46,461 nucleotides of DNA. Source: a bacterium (lineage in GTDB: Bacteria; Verrucomicrobiota; Kiritimatiellia; RFP12; DVOR01). The position numbers and the translations under genes are program-made. Where the stretch lies: positions 1 to 46,461 of the forward strand of contig JAUNQZ010000003.1 of assembly GCA_030535915.1 (NCBI GenBank), written 5' to 3'. Shown one piece after another: positions 46,353-46,461 of the stretch (position 1 is its first letter; each line of letters starts with the position of its first letter). The notes below the pieces were generated by a model. It saw only the letters and a program-made list of their open reading frames with translations. It was not told the origin of the DNA and did not search any database.

Positions 46353-46461
46353 AAGTATATCACAAATCAACCCACATTACAAGCCACCCTTATCCCGGAT
46401 TTTTCCGTGAATCTTGCACAATGTAATTGCGCAGGTAAGAAAAGAAGAAAATCTAAAAGGA

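Noticed and set aside
46415-46433. Imperfect palindrome TGCACAAT-gta-ATTGCGCA as an NtrC-type enhancer
   Set aside because: Spacing and half-sites do not match TGCACC-N5-GGTGCA, no sigma-54 -24/-12 element is visible, and the context is cut by the window edge.

Overview
Gene-dense bacterial chromosomal segment made mostly of core genes. I found no integrase, transposase, reverse transcriptase, CRISPR array or prophage. The gene set (long-form LepB, DUF2851, a very long DUF2723 protein, sigma-54, an outer-membrane RND channel) suggests a diderm PVC-type organism such as Kiritimatiellota/Lentisphaerota; this is inference. Layout: (1) + strand run 1-10365, the distal part of a Tad/Flp pilus locus (cpaB, FHA-fused cpaF/tadA, tadB, tadC, secreted VWA protein), then two orphans, lepB, glf, an SGNH esterase and yraN; (2) an M42-family peptidase; (3) a 12-gene - strand run 24394-11509 (membrane pseudokinase, ligA, small membrane protein, nadE, Tat-exported M23 peptidase, glycosyltransferase, hslO, pdxB, hisC, hisB, hisA, trmJ-like); (4) tRNA-Met(CAT) and two identical tRNA-Asn(GTT); (5) DJ-1, rpoN, 2-hydroxyacid dehydrogenase, recO; (6) a TetR-RND efflux operon; (7) DUF2723 protein, fmt, CBS-PPase, ispH, RIO-like kinase, corA, DUF2851. 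Most notable observations: a non-coding element with phased 22-bp palindromic units present twice in opposite orientation (about 24929-25065 and 36208-36345); an extreme local G+T skew on the coding strand of the 5' half of the DUF2723 gene; several intact ORFs that have lost catalytic residues (PknB-like pseudokinase, NadE glutaminase domain, DUF2723 motif); an FHA-ATPase Tad system; and a tRNA-Met with an inverted A54/U58 T-loop. None is a proven new system. All family assignments are from motif recognition, not database searches.
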